From contig JBNZDD010013723.1 in the NCBI GenBank assembly GCA_050575255.1, positions 7,870,958 through 7,934,957 of the forward strand: a DNA stretch of 64,000 bases. Reading direction: 5' to 3'. The notes under the pieces are model-generated. The model made no database searches. It was not told the DNA's origin and worked only from the letters and a program-made list of their open reading frames with translations. This stretch comes from Harriotta raleighana (taxonomy: Eukaryota). A program made the position numbers and the translations under genes. Below, one piece after another: positions 13,372 through 26,589 of this stretch; position 1 is the stretch's first letter; the number at the start of each line of letters is the position of its first letter.

Positions 13372-13795
13372 CAGATAGACCTCACTTAACGTCGAAGTTT
13401 GGTGCGACTTTAAACAAAACAATGTTAAGTGAATACATTTTTCCCATAAGAATGAATGTAAAAACTGGAGTTAGGTTCTTTTGGACATTTTTCGTCAAAA
13501 TTTTCTATGAAACAACATTATATAGTACTTGCTCCCTGACTACCTTCCTGGCTCACTCCCTCGCTGCGGATCTCACTCACTCGCTGCCGGTCTCACTTAC
13601 TGCCGGCTGGCTCTCTCTCTCGCTGCTGGCCTGGCACACTCCTAGATCCTAGCTCCGTCATGCCTCCTTTCCACCCGCTGGCGAACAATGTAATATCGAA
13701 CATTGCATCCTTAAATGAATATATGCTCCCAATGTATCAGCCACAGAATAAGGAAAAAACGTTAACCCAGGGGACGTTAAGTGGGGGTCTACCTC
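13372..13795. mobile_element. Tigger-like MITE (second family)
   Basis: TIRs CAGATAGACCTCACTTAACGTC / GACGTTAAGTGGGGGTCTACCTC with flanking TA; internal ttttcccataagaatgaatgtaaa motif. Confidence 0.7.
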
Positions 13796-14519
13796 TACTT
13801 AATTTTGAAATGATATACAGTTAAATTGCAGTTTCTTTCTTGTAAACTGCATACAACCATCATGAGAAATGCCACCAACAAAGTTCACATTTCATTGTCT
13901 GCATGAATGAAAATAAAGAAAGGTATTATAAAATGAATGGAACTTTATCTGTGGAATTATACAAACAATTGGCTGCTAATCTGATCCTGTAAATGTTGAT
14001 TGGAATCTGAGATAATGGTTGGAAGTTTTCATGTTTCCAATTCAGGGATAGTGTTGCAACATTGTGCTGTCTCGATTTTCTCCAGTGTATACCCTCCTTG
14101 CCTAGGAAAGCAGCTGTGTTAAGATTTTAGCTAGTCTGTTATTACTTCAAATGACTTCCAGTAAAGTGCAATTTCTGAATCAGGATAACAAAATGTTTTG
14201 CCACAAACTGTGAATCTGTTGCGCTACATTTTATTTTGGTTAATTGCTAGCCCTAATTAGACTGACGTGCTGTGTTCCTTGGATCTAATGCTGTTATATA
14301 AGCGATTTAATAATTTTCAAGTAGAAACGCTCAAAATTATAGCTGCTGTTTATAAATTGACGGAAATTTTTGTAACAGGTTATTAGTAACAATCAAATTG
14401 CGATTGAGTTCATCAAAAAAATTCACCCAGTTGAGCAACAAATCAGAGAGGATTAAAAAAAAAATTGATCGCCTTTATTGTGCAATTTATCTGATTTTAT
14501 ATGGGTTCAATTCCAGGAA

Positions 14520-14755
14520 GGGCAACCTTGGGCAAGTTTCCTTAATCCATTCACCTAATAATAATTCCTCAAAACCAATAACAAGTTGATCAATTCAATT
14601 AATGACTGTTTGTGGGATACTGCTGTGCACAATTGGCTGCCGCCTTTCGCTCACAAAATATAAAGTCAATTCTCTTTACAGTATATTCTGTGAAGCACTT
14701 TGAGACGTCTAGAAGACGTGATAAGGCGCAAAATCAAATACAAGGATTATTATTC
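14520..14755 (+). mobile_element. DeuSINE-type SINE (5' part missing)
   Basis: accttgggcaagtttccttaa...gctgtgcacaattggctgccg...caaggattattatt. Confidence 0.8.
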
Positions 14756-17002
14756 TCATTATTTTGTTTCAGAGAGAGAGAGATTTTACTACATTCATTG
14801 TTCAGCGGTAACTGTAGTATATTTCTCGGAGGAAGAAACTGTGGTAATGTAGAATGAAATACCGAATAACTGATTAAACAGCCATGTGCGGTAGCCCAAC
14901 CTTGAAGGAAATAATTCTGTTTTAACAATTCTACATGAGCAGCAATTGATAATCCTTGGTGGGAAAATGCCTTTTCAAACCCATCAAAGTGCAAGCACAG
15001 GGTTTGTTGCTATCCATTTTAATTTTTCCTATTAAGAACACAATTTGTTTTCAGAAAAATCAATTCAGCTCTGTTAGTAAAAGCAACATTTTGTTTAATC
15101 CGATTACAAAGCTTGCTGTATAAAGTGTTTATTTATCGCTGCAATTTTTTTTAAAAAAAACTTATCTATAAGTTAGGGTGTGTACCTACATAATAGGAAT
15201 TTATGTTTTGATCAGCTGGGTGTCTGACATTAGTGGAAACCCGTGAGAATGCTTCAAGGTATCCAAACCAAACTGAGATTTCCATGCACTCTATCCACAC
15301 ATAGTAATATATAATAAGAATCCTTGCATTTTGATATAGGGCCTTATCACATGTTCAAGACGTCTCAAAGTGCTTCACAGAACATACTGTAAAGAGAATT
15401 GACTACATTTTATGGGCCAAACGTGGTAGCCAATTGTGCACAGAAATGTCCCATAAACAGTTGTGGATTGAGTGACCAAATTTTTCTTATGAAACGTTTT
15501 CACATGTAATTCCAGAGATAGATTGTTGGAATGGGATGTGCACTCTCTCCTTGGAAGGACGATTTCTACTTATCTAATTTCGGAAAGTGTGAGGTGCAGT
15601 TTGGCAAAAGCCGAGGTTTGGGGAACCAAGAGTTTGTGTTGGGGGCACTGCTGGAATCTGACCAGCTAAAACAGAATTGAAATGTAGAAAGTTTCAGAAC
15701 TATTTTATGTAGAAATTGACCTTAAGAACGAGTGTAAGAAAACAGTTAATTTTTTAATCTAATATGCGTTTTCTTTAAATGAGCAGCAACAAAGACGTGA
15801 ACGAGAAGCACGGAGGCAACAAGAACGTGAACAAAGAAGGCGTGAGCAGGAGGAGAAACGAAGATNAATCAAATACAAGGATTATTATTCTCATTATTTT
15901 GTTTCAGAGAGAGAGAGATTTTACTACATTCATTGTTCAGCGGTAACTGTAGTATATTTCTCGGAGGAAGAAACTGTGGTAATGTAGAATGAAATACCGA
16001 ATAACTGATTAAACAGCCATGTGCGGTAGCCCAACCTTGAAGGAAATAATTCTGTTTTAACAATTCTACATGAGCAGCAATTGATAATCCTTGGTGGGAA
16101 AATGCCTTTTCAAACCCATCAAAGTGCAAGCACAGGGTTTGTTGCTATCCATTTTAATTTTTCCTATTAAGAACACAATTTGTTTTCAGAAAAATCAATT
16201 CAGCTCTGTTAGTAAAAGCAACATTTTGTTTAATCCGATTACAAAGCTTGCTGTATAAAGTGTTTATTTATCGCTGCAAATTTTTTTTAAAAAAAAGTTA
16301 TCTATAAGTTAGGGTGTGTACCTACATAATAGGAATTTATGTTTTGATCAGCTGGGTGTCTGACATTAGTGGAAACCCATGAGAATGCTTCAAGGTATCC
16401 AAACCAAACTGAGATTTCCATGCACTCTATCCACACATAGTAATATATAATAAGAATCCTTGCATTTTGATATAGGGCCTTATCACATGTTCAAGACGTC
16501 TCAAAGTGCTTCACAGAACATACTGTAAAGAGAATTGACTACATTTTATGGGCCAAACGTGGTAGCCAATTGTGCACAGAAATGTCCCATAAACAGTTGT
16601 GGATTGAGTGACCAAATTTTTCTTATGAAACGTTTTCACATGTAATTCCAGAGATAGATTGTTGGAATGGAATGTGCACTCTCTCCTTGGAAGGACGATT
16701 TGTACTTATCTAAATCCGGAAAAGTGTTAGGTGCAGTTTGGCAAAAGCCGAGGTTTGGGGAACTAAGAGTTTGTGTTGGGGGCACTGCTGGAATCTGACC
16801 AGCTAAAACAGAATTGAAATGTAGAAAGTTTCAGAACTATTTTATGTAGAAATTGACCTTAAGAACGAGTGTAAGAAAACAGTTAATTTTTTAATCTAAT
16901 ATGCGTTTTCTTTAAATGAGCAGCAACAAAGACGTGAACGAGAAGCACGGAGGCAACAAGAACGTGAACAAAGAAGGCGTGAGCAGGAGGAGAAACGAAG
17001 AT
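14732..17002. repeat. ~1.13-kb tandem near-identical duplication (14732-15865 / 15867-17002) joined by a single N
   Basis: Copies differ by roughly ten SNPs/indels; junction N at 15866. Confidence 0.9.
16446..16620 (-). mobile_element. DeuSINE-type SINE 3' half (duplicate at 15310-15480)
   Basis: aataagaatccttgcatttt...gccaattgtgcacag...gtggattgagtgacc. Confidence 0.8.
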
Positions 17003-17085
17003 TAGAAGAACTTGAACGTCGAAGGAAGGAAGAGGAGGAAAGAAGAAGGGCAGAAGAAGAAAAGAGGCGAGTGGAGAGAGAGCAG
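16924..17085 (+). CDS. MAP4K4: MAP4K4 exon, coiled coil ([54 protein letters not shown])
   Basis: gagcag|CAACAA...GAGCAG|gtgatt; 162 nt; a truncated duplicate lies at 15787-15865 before an N. Confidence 0.95.
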
Positions 17086-18224
17086 GTGATTTATGTTGCT
17101 GTAACTTTTCACTAATTCATACTGGGTTCAAGAGTGTTTAGTAATGGTAGTGTTAAACCATTAAGTAATTTTACTGTTGATTATGCATTTGATTATTTTG
17201 ATACTTTTTTCACCTCCCCTTACACAGTAGTTATTTTTCCCTTCCCTTGCCATTTTTTTCCATATGTTTCACATCTTGCATCCCATTGCAACCAGGAAAG
17301 CAAAATTCAGACAATCTGATCAATGGACATTTCCAAGACCATGATTGCCTGGCATTATCTCCCTGTGATGGAATATCCCATTCTGGCACNAAAATGATCT
17401 GCTGGGGTGTATGGCACCCATTATCTCCCTGTGATGGAATATCCCATTCTGGCACATTACTTCATCTAGTTGTACAAGACGTCTAGTGAGGGAAACAAAA
17501 TTGAATTCCCCAAACCTTTTGATTGGGAATCCATTCTTCAAATGCATTTAATATGCTTCACTATATGTAATGCTATGTTGCAGATTTACTCACAAAATAT
17601 GGTCATTCCACTTTGCAATATACCCTGTGAAGGGCTTTGAGATGTTCTGATGATGCAATAAATGCTAAGATTCTTATTATTGTTAAGTTGCTTGATCTAA
17701 TTTTACTGCATCTTTGCTTTTACTGAGTGTGATCTGCAAATGTAGGACGAGAATGTGAACATTATTTCTATTTGTGAAATTTGGAGTAATAATTCGTGAG
17801 TGATTTTAGTTTTAAGTCTATTGATCTTTTCCTCAGCCCTCATACGCCCACCCTCACCAAAAAATCTATTCTGGTTATGCTCATTACCACATTATTTTTA
17901 GTTAGTCATGTACTTTTGAATACTCTCATGACGCTTTGTTCTGCATACTACAATGCTTTGTGGAATTCTAAAAGACACTTTACCAGCTGTGTTCAAATTT
18001 AAGTTTCTCTGATGAAATGTAATAGTTCTGAGGAGGAGGATTTTCAAATCTGTGCATCATTGAACATTTTTTTTCAGCTGTTCAATGAAGCATGGTATCA
18101 GGCTATGCTGCCAAACTATATTTTTTGAATCCTAGCTAGTTTTAAAAACAGAAATTGCAATTTCCCATTGTTAATAAGCTTACTGACTTCGGTGTCAGGT
18201 GCATCGATCGACCACAAATAAACA

Positions 18225-18620
18225 AGAATAATTTCAAGCTGTACAGTGCCTTTCGCATGTCTTGGTGCTTCATAATGACTGAGTGAGAGATGGGAATAAG
18301 GGTGAGCTGATTGAAGGCTTGGTTAAAGAGGTAGATATTTAAAAGAGATTTGAAAGTGGAGTGGGCGGGTGCTAGAATGGGAGATTCAGGGACAAAGCTC
18401 CAGAGAGCGAGGTCAAAATGGCTCAGTGCTCAGCCGTCAGCCGCTGTTTAGTAGGATAGAGCAAGCAAAGGTGTGAAACATGTCCGAATTAGTGGAGTGA
18501 GTGGGTGGATATGGAGGGAAGGAAGCTCACAGAGTGTTGGATATTAACATCTTTGAAAATTAGAACAAGGGCCTTAAAATTAATCTGCTTTTGAACATGG
18601 AAACTGGACAGCTTGGCACA
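18225..18620 (-). mobile_element. Highly degenerate L2 fragment
   Basis: gaaggcttggttaaagaggtag...ctccagagagcgaggtcaaaatggct...ggccttaaaatt; parallels the younger L2 copies. Confidence 0.5.
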
Positions 18621-19645
18621 ACGGGGGTGTAATGATGGTAAATTTCAGCTAAGATAATTTTTTCCAAACCAATATAATTTGGATTAGCTTTCTTGACTGC
18701 CTTTGAAAAAATACAGTCTTTCAACTCGTGATTCAACTCTGTGGAAACGGTCTGATCCTCCAGGTTAGCTAATGGAATTGCATAAGCAGCATCTTTATGG
18801 AACTGGAATATTTTTATATGCAAGAGGCTTTTAATATTTCTTGAATGAGGTTGATTGGTAGCTCAGTGTATCAGAGATGCCATTAATGTAATCTGAAAGA
18901 TATACTTTTCAGTAAATTGTGATCACATTTTATAAATAATTTGGTCTGGGTGAATGTTGACTCAGGCAGATGTATGTATTTCGGCTAGTAGGAGAGAAAG
19001 AATTACGCCAGTAATTAATGAGCAGAATTTATTTTGATTTTATTTGCCCCTTCCCTTTTCTATATCTTATTCATCGGCAGGCAAGAAATCAGGCTAGTCA
19101 GATCCATTGACATTTCCCACAATGATTTGCATGTAAAGTAAACTGCATTTTCGACTTTCTGATGGAGGGGAGCACTATAGTTTTTCGCCTCCTGTATCTA
19201 GGTGAATTTTGATTGCATAGTCTCTTCTTGATACAGCGATGCATTACTTATTCTGCAGTATTAATTGTTAAATTATGGTTAGTTTCTACAGCAACTTTGA
19301 TACCCCTCTTCTTTTCCACCACCCTATATAAATCCTCTGTTTTAAAGTTGGAAAGAGTATATCATTCCATTGGGAAATGTCTGCATGGATCCATGACAAG
19401 AAAGGCACTTTTCTGCCTTGTGCAGGCTGGATTGAACTCTTAAATTGGTCAACACCCTCAGTGATTTGCTTATTTATGTTGCTAAAATGTGGAATAAGAC
19501 ACTTGATATCATGATGGCCACCTCAATTTGTTGCCAAATTTGCCACTGCACATCAAATGGTCGTCAGTAACCTGGCATTTTAAATGGCACATTAGAATTT
19601 AATTTTGGCACTTTGCTCATGCATTACTGTGTAATTTTGTGACAG

Positions 19646-19732
19646 GAGTACATCAGAAGTCAGCTTGAAGAGGAGCAACGTCATTTGGAAATTCTCCAGC
19701 AACAATTGCTCCAAGAGCAGGCCATGTTACTG
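19646..19732 (+). CDS. MAP4K4: MAP4K4 87-nt frame-preserving exon ([29 protein letters not shown])
   Basis: tgacag|GAGTAC...TTACTG|gtaaca; phase 0/0. Confidence 0.95.
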
Positions 19733-21002
19733 GTAACACATCATGTGTTCATTCAATTGCTGTGTGATTGATGTAGCTGGCAGCTTCTGTGCTATCTTGG
19801 TTTCTGCTGTTGCATTGAACATGGTATTATCAACTCAGTTGATCAGACTGTTGAGGTCAATATAGCACTGACAGAAGCAGAACAGAGTTGCACCAGCACT
19901 ATATTTATCATTGAAATTATTGTGTGAGAATGATTTGGGTTATTTGTTTACCACTGTTGCAGTATTTAATAGAAAAATCAGAACCTTGTGAATTTAATGA
20001 ACAGTGGTAACTTATATCCAATCTCATCTTCAGGAAAGCCGTAAATCTTACAAAACTGAAGCATGGATATGTAGCATTGAATTACTGTCCACTTAAAATA
20101 ATGGCTTGTTTTTGCCACCCATGAGTATCATTTGAAAAGTGCTTTTTTCTCCACTTTCTCAACACTGAGAAGTCAAGACTATTTTGTCAGTGTCCGTGTC
20201 AGTGCTCAATTAGATTGCAATATACTACGTTCTTTATGGACTGACTCACCCTTTTGGTGACTGGATACTTTTTCCACTATGCACACCACAATTCCTTCAA
20301 GATTATAAATTCCGAGAATTCCAAAAAGAAATGGGAAGGAATTCCTATGAGATACATCTATCTGTGTGGTCTTAGAAACCATGACCCAATTTATTAGTCA
20401 TAATAAGTGAACGTAATGGTTCATTGCAAAATGATTGGCACTTGGCAGTTTTTAATACTTTCGTGTTAAAATGAATGTTTATAACCCATCCTGTATTTAA
20501 AAAAAATAAAACTCAAGACTTGATTTGGATGAGGGTAATGCATGATGCGGTCTTTCTGTGCCACAATTTAACTGTTGCCCTGAATTTGGGTGAGACAGGC
20601 TTGATGGCAAATGGCTTACTCCTATGTTCCTAATTTGCTTGTGTTGATTGGTACTATATTCAGTTACCATAATGGGGTTTTCCTAGTAAATTGTGTTAGA
20701 TTTGCATCAAATGCTCATCTGTGTCTGATATGAGTCTTCAGATGGACATTTGAGTACAGATCTGATAGCAAGAGCTGCAAGTTTAGAATATTTTCCTCAA
20801 ATCAGCAGAAAATTCATCATTGCTGTGAATCTACAGTTGCAGTGTTAAAAGAGTTTGGTTGCAATAATTTGAACAAAAACTACAGCAACTACTAGAAAAG
20901 TCTTACATTGTTCTTTGGTATACTTGCAGAATTTGTAATGTGGCTGTGTGATAAGATGTTAGAAATTCTAAGCACGACTAACTTCATCCTGTAACCTTAA
21001 AG

Positions 21003-21185
21003 GAGTACAAATGGCGAGAGATGGAAGAACAACGCCAGGCTGAGAGATTGCAGCGTCAGTTGCAGCAGGAACAAGTCTATCTCCTGTCCCTTCAACATGA
21101 CCAGAGACAACAGGAGAGGAACAAACAACCTTACCATGCCTCAGAGATAAAATCTAACTTTGAGCCAACTGATAGAGGCAGAGAG
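21003..21185 (+). CDS. MAP4K4: MAP4K4 exon ([33 protein letters not shown]...DRGRE)
   Basis: ccttaaag|GAGTAC...AGAGAG|gtaaag; 183 nt. Confidence 0.93.
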
Positions 21186-21623
21186 GTAAAGGCAGTCGTG
21201 CTCTCCTGATATGCTTTCGAAGTTTCTGCCTCTTTGATATATTTCTCATGGTATTTCTCCGCTCTTCACTTCTGGTGACTCCTCCTGGCCTATATAGTTC
21301 CACAGGTAGCAGCACAATGACATCCGTCATGCTGGAGTGTAAGTGGACAGTTTGGTCACACGAGGCATTATAGGGAAACTCAACCCTTGTTCAGTGTCCC
21401 AATGCAATTCCAGTATCCAGTTGTGCTTTTTTCTCCCTCATCAAGGCTAAAGGNAAAGCAATTCCAGTATCCAGTTGTGCTTTTTTCTCCCTCATCAAGG
21501 CTAAAGGCAATTATGGCTGACTGCACTGATGCCCTGGCTAGAAACTCACGGGTGATTCTTCAGGGCCTGTATGATTTAGTTCTGTGCCATATGTTTCTTT
21601 TATGTGTGATTTCTGTTTCTATT

Positions 21624-21944
21624 GTGGAGCTCCTGTAGCTCAGTGGTTAGAGCACTTGCCTTACAAGCATGAGACCTGTGTTCAAATCCAGGCAGATCAG
21701 GGTGAAACCTTGGGAAAGTTTCCTTACTCCACACGCCTAATAATAATCCGTCCAAAAAAACCACAAAAATAAAAATTGGTCATTTCAATCCACGACTGTT
21801 AGTAGGACGCTGCTGTGTGCAATTGGCTGCCGCATTTTGCCTACAATTATATAGTCGATTCACTTTACAGTAACTTCTGTGAAGCGCTTTGAGATGTCGA
21901 TAAGATGTGAAAGCGCTGTATTAAATGCAAGGATTATTATTATT
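21624..21944 (+). mobile_element. Full-length tRNA-derived DeuSINE-type SINE (~320 bp)
   Basis: A box tagctcagtggttagagc, B box gttcaaatcc, Deu-like gctgtgtgcaattggctgccgc, L2-like 3' tail ending (ATT)n. Confidence 0.88.
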
Positions 21945-21998
21945 GAACCATTCAGTAGATTTAGGTACAGTATAACCTAACTTTACTCTTTCATTCAG

Positions 21999-22160
21999 GC
22001 TGATGAAAGGTTCAAGAAGAGTAACCAGGGCTCACCTCAAGCACAATCAAAACAAAGTAGCAAAGTTTCAGAACCTCCTGTGCCTTCACGATCAGAGTCG
22101 TTTTCAAATGGAAGTTCTGAACCCAATCCAACTGCGTTGCATAGGCCCACGGAGTCGCAG
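21999..22160 (+). CDS. MAP4K4: MAP4K4 162-nt frame-preserving exon ([19 protein letters not shown]...[13 protein letters not shown]...ESQ)
   Basis: attcag|GCTGAT...TCGCAG|gtagtg. Confidence 0.94.
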
Positions 22161-23613
22161 GTAGTGAATTTGTCTTTAAAATACATTACACACAAATGGG
22201 TGTTAAGTTGGTGATACGATGAAGCCTCATTAAACATATTAGTTGGGAGTCCTATAAAGAGGTGTGATGGATGCCATTCAGTTTTCACACTTAAGAAGAT
22301 AACTTTCAGGTCATCAGCTAGTTGCTGTGAAAGCAGGTCAGGTACGTACCTGCACATTGATCTGTGCAGTAAAACAAATGTGTTATAACAGGCTTCACTT
22401 TGGAAATCTGCACCAGAGACAGTTGGAACAATTGTACTGAAGCCTCATTTAAAAGTTTCCTCCCCTATATTTTAGCTTGTCAGGTTCTGATATTAATTGG
22501 TATTCCAATTGCTATTCCAATTTCTATTCTAATTCCTATTCGATTTCACCCCCAAATTGAGGTTAATGAATACCATCAATAAATATATTTTTTAAATTGT
22601 TTTGAACTACAAAGATGTCTGACTTTCGGGTTATAAGGTTGCTACAGACTTGATGTTAGAAGCTGCCTGCATATAGCAGCCACTTTAAATGTGCAGGGAA
22701 AGATGTCTGCGGAGACTGTATCACCATTTTTGTAGTCAAAAAGATTGCGAATCCAAATTAAAAGAAACAGTAACTAGCACCCCTATCTTTTGAAATGATT
22801 GATGAATTTTTTGTCTGTTTACAGACCCACAATAAAATATTTCACACATGAATGAACTATTCTTCCACTCTATTTAAAATAACCCTAATGTTGGACACTG
22901 CTGCTTTAGATGAAAAAAGTATTTTATACAAGTGGATTTGGTGAGATTTTGCCTTAAAAACATGACGTGTAGTATCTGAATATTAACGTACAATAATGGG
23001 GCATATGAAAATGTTATGTTACAAGACGAGGTGCAATTCACTCACCGATTACTGGTCTTTAATGTCCTGCAATAATTAGGTACTCGGCATGTTGTGTAAT
23101 CTGACACATTCAGGCTTCACTGTCTGCTTACAGTGAATCTTTTATTTCACAGTAGGAAGAAGATAACATTTGAGATAATTGCTTGTGGTCTTCACAGATA
23201 AAACACTTACTTTGAGACAGTATATAAAAATGTTAATCCACTAATTGCTACATTTACAGCATGTTTTTAAGTAGGTTTACCTATTGTATTCCGGATGTTA
23301 AGGCATTATCTGTATTTTTGATGAGGAATCATTTGATAAGAAATTATTTGAAACTACTGTCTTTTCTCTTAACATCTTTCCACTTTCCTGCATTAATCTC
23401 CTTTGTGACCATTTTAAGTATATAAATGCATAGAGCTGCAATAAGTCTTTCTTCCTGCCCATTGATGTATTACCCAGACACTTTGATTCTGTTAAACATT
23501 TACTGAATCCCAAATTAGCTGTTTACTATTCCAATCTATTCAATCTGATGATCCGCATATGATTTGGGTGACTATATAGACATAAATTAATGATGTGAAT
23601 ATATACGTATGCA

Positions 23614-23630
23614 TGTGTGTGTGTGTGTGT
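23614..23630. repeat. (TG)n microsatellite
   Basis: tgtgtgtgtgtgtgtgt. Confidence 0.8.
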
Positions 23631-24967
23631 ATTATATGCAAGACTACATAGATGAAAAAAATCCATAATATACTTTATTCAAATAAAAATGTTTAAATCA
23701 CTTGTGTTACAATATACAGTACTTATACTTAACATTGCTTAAAAATTGCTTGTCTGCTTTGCAGAAATTTAAATTATATTCAATATATGAAGGCCCCATA
23801 TTTACTGAAGAGAGGCTTTGTGCATTATTTTGCGTCTCACATGTTGATCGCTGAAATTATATTTATTCGCCTTGATTGACTGTGAGGTTTGAAAACAATT
23901 CCCCAAAACTTGCATTTACATAATGCCCTTTATACGAGTAGCATCTCAGAGTACTTAAAAACAAAACTTTCACCAATTTGAAAACACTTTATGCTAAACA
24001 GCTTGAGAAAAATGCATTTAATATTAACTCGTACATTGCTGTTCAAGATTTTGTACTTTCGGTAAAACTTACATGTTTGGAATGCTCCCCTGAATTTCAA
24101 GCAATTCTATTGTCAGACACGCTTCATATTCTTCTGTTGAACTATCCGTACTCAATACTCCAGAAGCCATTCTTTGCTACTTTAAATAAAAATAAAATGA
24201 CAGGAACATTTGACAGGTTTGAGAGTATGCTACATTGAATGTGACCTCATTTGAGTTTGTAAGTACAGTGTTCAGTCAAGGGATGTTTTAGCTGAAAATA
24301 TTTTAGCCTGAATTTGAGTAGTTAACAGTGAATGCAACTGAACTACTTTTTTTTTTCTCCATCTTCTAATTTTGAACTATTGGGAATTGAGTGGATTGTG
24401 TACAATGCTGCTGTCAATTGTTCCAATTATGAAAAGGGCTGATGGTACTGAAATTGACTTGCAACTAGACAGGCATTTTAATAAGCTGCCTGAATGAGAT
24501 TGCTTGTGCAGGGATTGCTTTTTTTATCTGTCCACTTTCTGTTGTGAGCAACGGGGATAGTTACGTGTTAACAGTATAAACCCGTGCTTTAAATTCAGTG
24601 GTAATTGAACAGGAAAGTGTTGGTAAGAATGCAGGCTACTTTAAATTTACTTGGGTCAGTGACTTGTAAAATAACCCACTCAGAATGCAACTCTTCTGGG
24701 TCCTGTTTCCATCTTTCTCCTGACGTCTATCCCATGAGAATTTATATATGTAAGCTTTTTATTCTGCTCACTTCCTCTTTTTTGTATCATTCACATCAGC
24801 TGCCCACAACACCCTTATCACCATTATTTTCATGCAGCTTGTTTATATTTCTGTCAAATGTAATTTTCCCTTAATATTCTTTCTTAATATTGACGGACAT
24901 TTTATTTTAATTGCTGTGACTTTTTCTGTACGAATAACATATTGTTTGATGTGTGTGTAATTCTAAG

Positions 24968-25065
24968 GTGCCAGTGAGGACTACACCCAGGTCTCCTGTG
25001 TTGTCTCGTCGAGATTCTCCATTGCAAGGCAGCAGTCAGCCTAGTGCGCAGAATGCCGCAAGAAG
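24968..25065 (+). CDS. MAP4K4: MAP4K4 exon (VPVRTTPRSPVLSRRDSPLQGSSQPSAQNAAR)
   Basis: ttctaag|GTGCCA...AGAAG|gtgatt; 98 nt. Confidence 0.93.
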
Positions 25066-26589
25066 GTGATTTTTTTTCTTGTGTGGTCCAATTAATTCCT
25101 CATGAGTCATAAAATTGGTATAACTAGGTTATACTTTAGTGAGAATGACGAAGAATGGCATGTGAGGATTCAATGCTGGGTTAAGAATTATTCTTAGCTA
25201 TGACTTTCTGTGTATTACTGTGAAGGTCAAGAACTGTGCTATAGTTGCTCCCAATCTTACTGTGATTTGCAGGTCACAAATTCACTCTGTTGCAAGATGC
25301 CGGTCTCAAATTGCTGAGACCTATGTATGAACCACCAACCCAAAGTACATCAAAATACATTCACTTCACAATTTCTCAAACTTTGTGTCTACTGTTCACA
25401 TTGGGTGCTTTTTCAAAGACCAAAATGCCAGTAATAGACAGGATTTGTTTATTAAAAAAAAGATAATTTACAATTCTCTACTTGATAAGTTCCCAATGGT
25501 CTCAGCTTCTGTGGGGTGGAAGGTGATGAGTGTAGATAATGAGCCTCTCCACAGGGAGGAAAAGACCTGTTTTTGTGTCTGGCTCAAAAAATAGTTTTAG
25601 GATTGGGTTAACCATATGTTCACTGTGAGGAATGGTGCACAGAATTGGGGAGACCCTGACAAATAAATGTAATAGTACCTGGATTAAGACCAAAGAATAA
25701 CAAAAATGAAAAACGTAAATGTTTTATGTTTGTTGAGGGAGTTCTGATTGTGGGACATACTCAGCCATATTGTGGTTGGGAGTCACTGCTACCATAGGTA
25801 TCTCTCAAAAACTGTTTTAAAATACCTCGTTAGAGAGTTTCAAATTTCAGTTTGTGCAGAGTCTGAACCGATATTGTAGCTGGGTTTTCTGTAATTGTCA
25901 GCATTGTATTTGTTGAATGGGAGCTTTTACTATTGGCGTCACAGGACAGGCTGAATACTGGCTTCTGTTTCAAATGAAATAGACGTGTTGCTTACTTCCC
26001 TTTATGTCCTAAGCTATTTGAAACTCTTCTTGCTATCGACTGCCTAATTATCTCATGTTACAGTTGTGGTGTGATGAAATATTTTCCGGTGAGATTTATT
26101 GAAACACCCATGGTTATATGGTGTGCAATATTGAGAGCAATGTTTTTGGTTGGTTTGCTTTTTGGAAGTAAATAAATANGGTTATATGGTATGCAATATT
26201 GAGAGCAATGTTTTTGGTTGGTTTGCTTTTTGGAAGTAAATAAATACAACTTCCCAGAACTAATTGGGCATTAAACAAGTACACATTTTGGGAAAAAAAT
26301 TATCTAATGGTCCCAACTTTCTGACACGTATCTGATTTTACTCAGCCATCTTGGTTTACTGTTGGTGTTACTCATTTAATTTTAATTTCATTTGTCTTTC
26401 TGTAAATAGAGTTCTTAACATAAGATCCTACTTTTGTCAAATGTTGAAGTGTTAAATCCCTTTGAGGCAATATGGATCTTATCCAAAACCTGTCGCTTCA
26501 TTCATTCGCAGGGCTATCTACATTAACATTCTACCCATCAGTATTTAGGTGTGAGCTCTTCAGATTAATGCTTTTTTTTCTCTTTGTAG

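Noticed and set aside
15787-15865. Second copy of the coiled-coil exon as a real tandem or mutually exclusive exon
   Set aside because: Truncated at an N, lacks a donor, and lies inside a haplotype-like duplication.
16918-16923. NAGNAG (GAGCAG) alternative acceptor
   Set aside because: GAG acceptors are rarely used, and the distal CAG gives the conserved QQRRER start.
20990-21002. U12-type intron suggested by ccttaa close to the acceptor
   Set aside because: The upstream donor is gtaaca, not the U12 GTATCCTT consensus.
21624-21700. tRNA-like sequences (also 49488-49555 and 52980-53050 minus)
   Set aside because: They are SINE heads: imperfect cloverleaf, each followed by the SINE body and (ATT)n tail.
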